The notes under the pieces were generated by a model, which searched no databases, was not told where the DNA came from, and saw only the letters and a program-made list of their open reading frames with translations. Below, piece after piece: positions 61,337-64,000 of a stretch of DNA of 64,000 nt. The translations under genes were made by a program, and so were the position numbers. The DNA comes from Sphyrna mokarran. Its lineage: Eukaryota. The DNA lies in contig JAGIQG010000020.1 of assembly GCA_024679065.1 (NCBI GenBank), positions 7,936,001-8,000,000 on the forward strand, given 5' to 3'. Position 1 is the first letter of the stretch, and each line of letters opens with the position of its first letter.

Positions 61337-62877
61337 TCTTCAGATGGAATTATTGCGGCAGTCTATATTCCGGATTTGAATCGAAGTGAGATTCAACCCG
61401 GAATGTTGATTTGAACAGGTAGTACAGGATGATTGGCCACTTATGATGAAACATTTTCTACTGAACATTGTTTAAATGTACAGCACCCAAAGCAAAGCTT
61501 TGAATTCACACGGCCACTGTAAAAAAGGCCTGTCTACTTCTCTGCTGAAGCTGGGTTGCAAGTAAAATAGGGAATCGCTTATTGGCCTTCTCTGTAATGA
61601 ATGAAACATGATCAAGTTTCACGACAACGCAGAGTCTTTTTAAAACTAACATTGTGTGAACATGTGATCAGTGACATTGTTAAATTTTATCATTGCGCTA
61701 CAACAATTCACACTGGCAGATTGTCATGCGCCCCACAGACAGAAGTCTCCAGTTATTTCTGCTGTTGAAATCTATCTGAGTTTGTTGCTTATTTCGAGGC
61801 AGAAACCCCATAATCAGAGAACGCAGAATGTGACCCAGTGTATCAATTCCACTGTGTTAATGATGTTCATCGTATTGAACACTGACGTCTTCCACTAATT
61901 ATGCAGTCGAACTCGTCCACTATAAGACCTAAAAGAGTGTCTCTAGGGCTAAACCTCGCGCAGAAAGTTGCATCAATATAGCGCCACCATAGTAGCAATA
62001 TGAGTGCGGATTGGAACTTGGCCCAGACTGTAATAGTTTTATTGTCGAGATCCCCCAAAATGATCTCCGCGGTTACTTTTTTTCCATAGACAGTAATGAG
62101 ACCAATCATTGGTTAATCTGCTTTCGCACAATGAGGATAGCCTGTCAATACTTCCTCCAAAACTGTAATACCTAGTGTGTTCGGCCCATCAATTGAGGAG
62201 CTTAGTTTAATTCTAATCCAAAAACTGTAACCACCGCCTGAGCCACTTTCCCTTCGCGGGACTGTCAGTCCAGATAGCGCGGTCAGCTTCCCGTGCGGAG
62301 TTGAAACCATCTGAGCCGAGAAAGGAGAACCTCACAGGGTGAAACTGCCAGTGAAACTGTAACTACACTGCTCAGCATAACATAAAATTACATCAGTAAA
62401 AACATGATGGTAAAACTGATCAACATTTCTTTCCATGGGAACACAATAGAGCAAATTTAATGCATGTTCAAACGTTTCTAATTCTATTTCTAATTTTAAC
62501 TGGTAACGCAGATTTTCCATGTGGAAACACGGCGGCTAAAAATAATACCGTTATTTTCAATAACGTGTTATGAACCAAGGGATCTTTAATGGTATTCTGG
62601 GAGACATTGCGAATAGTAAAATTGTTGTCTATAAAATTGAACAGAGTCAACTCCAGTTCAACGCCAGTCAGTCATTAAAACTGAACTTCGCTTTTTAGAT
62701 CCAAATGTCTCATCGATCTCCCTCTCTCACCTTTCCACCGATGAAAGCACAAAGTAAAGGGATCTATTTATTGTATTTAATGAATGACAGAATTTGGATC
62801 ATATTGTTTGGAAAATCATAATGCATCAAACAAATCAATTCCTCAACACTACTCAACCTATTTTGTTTTAAAACCAG

Positions 62878-63200
62878 GTCCGCAGAAACCATCTGTCTCT
62901 CTCCTCCCGCCTTCATCGGATCAAATCACAGCGAAGAACACGGCGACCCTGGTGTGTTTGGTGAGCGGTTTTAAACCGGGAGCGGCGGAGATTGAATGGA
63001 CTGTAGATGGCAGCGTCAGAGGGAATGGGGTTGAGACCAGTCGGATCCAGCAGGACGCGGACAACACATTCAGTGTGAGCAGTTATCTGACTCTGTCAGC
63101 CTCAGAGTGGAACTCACACGAGCTTTACTCCTGTCTGGTCAAACACGAGGCTCTAGCAAACCCGCTTCAAACAACCGTCTCTAGATCCAGCTGTATGTAA
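62878..63200 (+). CDS. IGLC: IgL cluster 4 constant exon
   Basis: Acceptor ends at 62877; ends HEALANPLQTTVSRSSCM-stop. Confidence 0.97.
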
Positions 63201-63508
63201 ATTTAGAAACTGCTCTCAGCCCAGCTGCGAAAGTTTGTTTATTTCTGTTCATTTCTTTCATGCGATAAAAAGGGTAGAAATTGATCGTGTTTCAGAAGTT
63301 TAAGAAAATGGCCACCGCGGTTGGACCTTCGGGTTTTAGCACTTGCTCTTTTGAAAGGGTCTTCGTTCGGAACATTGTTAGTGTTCTGTGAAACCTCGTT
63401 GTTTATCAATTTACATTTATGTATCTGATAATCGTAATTAAAATGCAACAATCTGGTTATTGCAATTTAAGTGTCTACTTATTCGCAGACATTTAGATAA
63501 AAACGTTC

Positions 63509-63514
63509 AATAAA
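63509..63514 (+). terminator. Polyadenylation signal AATAAA, cluster 4
   Basis: Positionally conserved hexamer. Confidence 0.75.
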
Positions 63515-64000
63515 ATAATTAAGATCAAATGCAATACTACGCACCGTCTCTTTTATTGCTATATTCAAGATAAGTCAAATCTAACATTTTGTTGTTATTT
63601 AGTCTTACGTAACATGTCATATTGTAAATATTTTGTTCTCAACTTTGGAAAAGAAGCTATTGCTTGCACTCCCTGTTGGTAACTGAGATGGCCGATACTG
63701 CCCAAGCTTTAGACCAAGTAAAATTTACGAAGCCAGTATCTCTGTATTAAAGACATAACTTTACTCAAACCAACGATCGCCAGGAGTTCGTCAAAGAGAT
63801 ATGTAACTCTGAGGTAGAGCAGAAAAACATCTCCGATCTAACATATACAATCAAAAACAAATCAATCATACTTTTTTCCCTTACGAATCATTTGCGACTT
63901 TCAGTAAGTTTAAATCAATCATTATCAAGCTGCACAAATCAACAGTAATACACGTCAAATACATTCTACCCTCAGCATAATGGTATTTTGTTAGTCCTAG

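Larger units (their letters stand above)
1..64000 (+). repeat. Tandem segmental duplication: four head-to-tail IgL clusters (unit about 17-23 kb) with homologous spacers
   Basis: Promoters, introns, exons, 3' flanks and long spacer blocks recur collinearly at about 0.6, 18, 40.6 and 59.9 kb; unit-length differences are explained by indels and transposon insertions. Confidence 0.97.

Noticed and set aside
1-64000. CRISPR arrays, rRNA, prokaryotic systems or RAG-like transposons
   Set aside because: None seen; the window is vertebrate Ig locus and transposon-derived DNA.

Overview
Vertebrate (cartilaginous fish, very probably a shark) genomic DNA holding four head-to-tail immunoglobulin light-chain clusters on the + strand. 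Start codons are at 606, 17978, 40626 and 59936, spaced 17.4, 22.6 and 19.3 kb apart. Each cluster has an octamer/TATA promoter, a 49-nt leader exon, a V exon already fused in frame to J (germline-joined, no RSS) and a 323-nt C exon ending ...SCM/...NCM. The C region resembles elasmobranch lambda (type II/NS3), but the V family has a long CDR2 and its isotype needs a tree. All four genes are open with plausible splice sites. The spacers are diverged, differently deleted copies of one ancestral unit. They contain old and young CR1-type LINEs, tRNA-derived V-SINE (HE1-like) copies, a dead Harbinger transposase and Penelope-type repeats with minimal hammerhead-ribozyme cores. Most notable observations: CDR-focused, mosaic, doublet-rich divergence of the pre-joined VJ exons next to homogenised C exons; a CTCF-like plus NRF1/ETS module in two spacers that is deleted from the third; a 75-bp fold-back inversion and other templated-insertion scars; and a CR1 family whose long 3' region has a splice acceptor, a conserved block and a V-SINE core. 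I found no clearly new biological system. The organisation is a known type, and the novel-looking points are hypotheses. All comparisons were made by eye.
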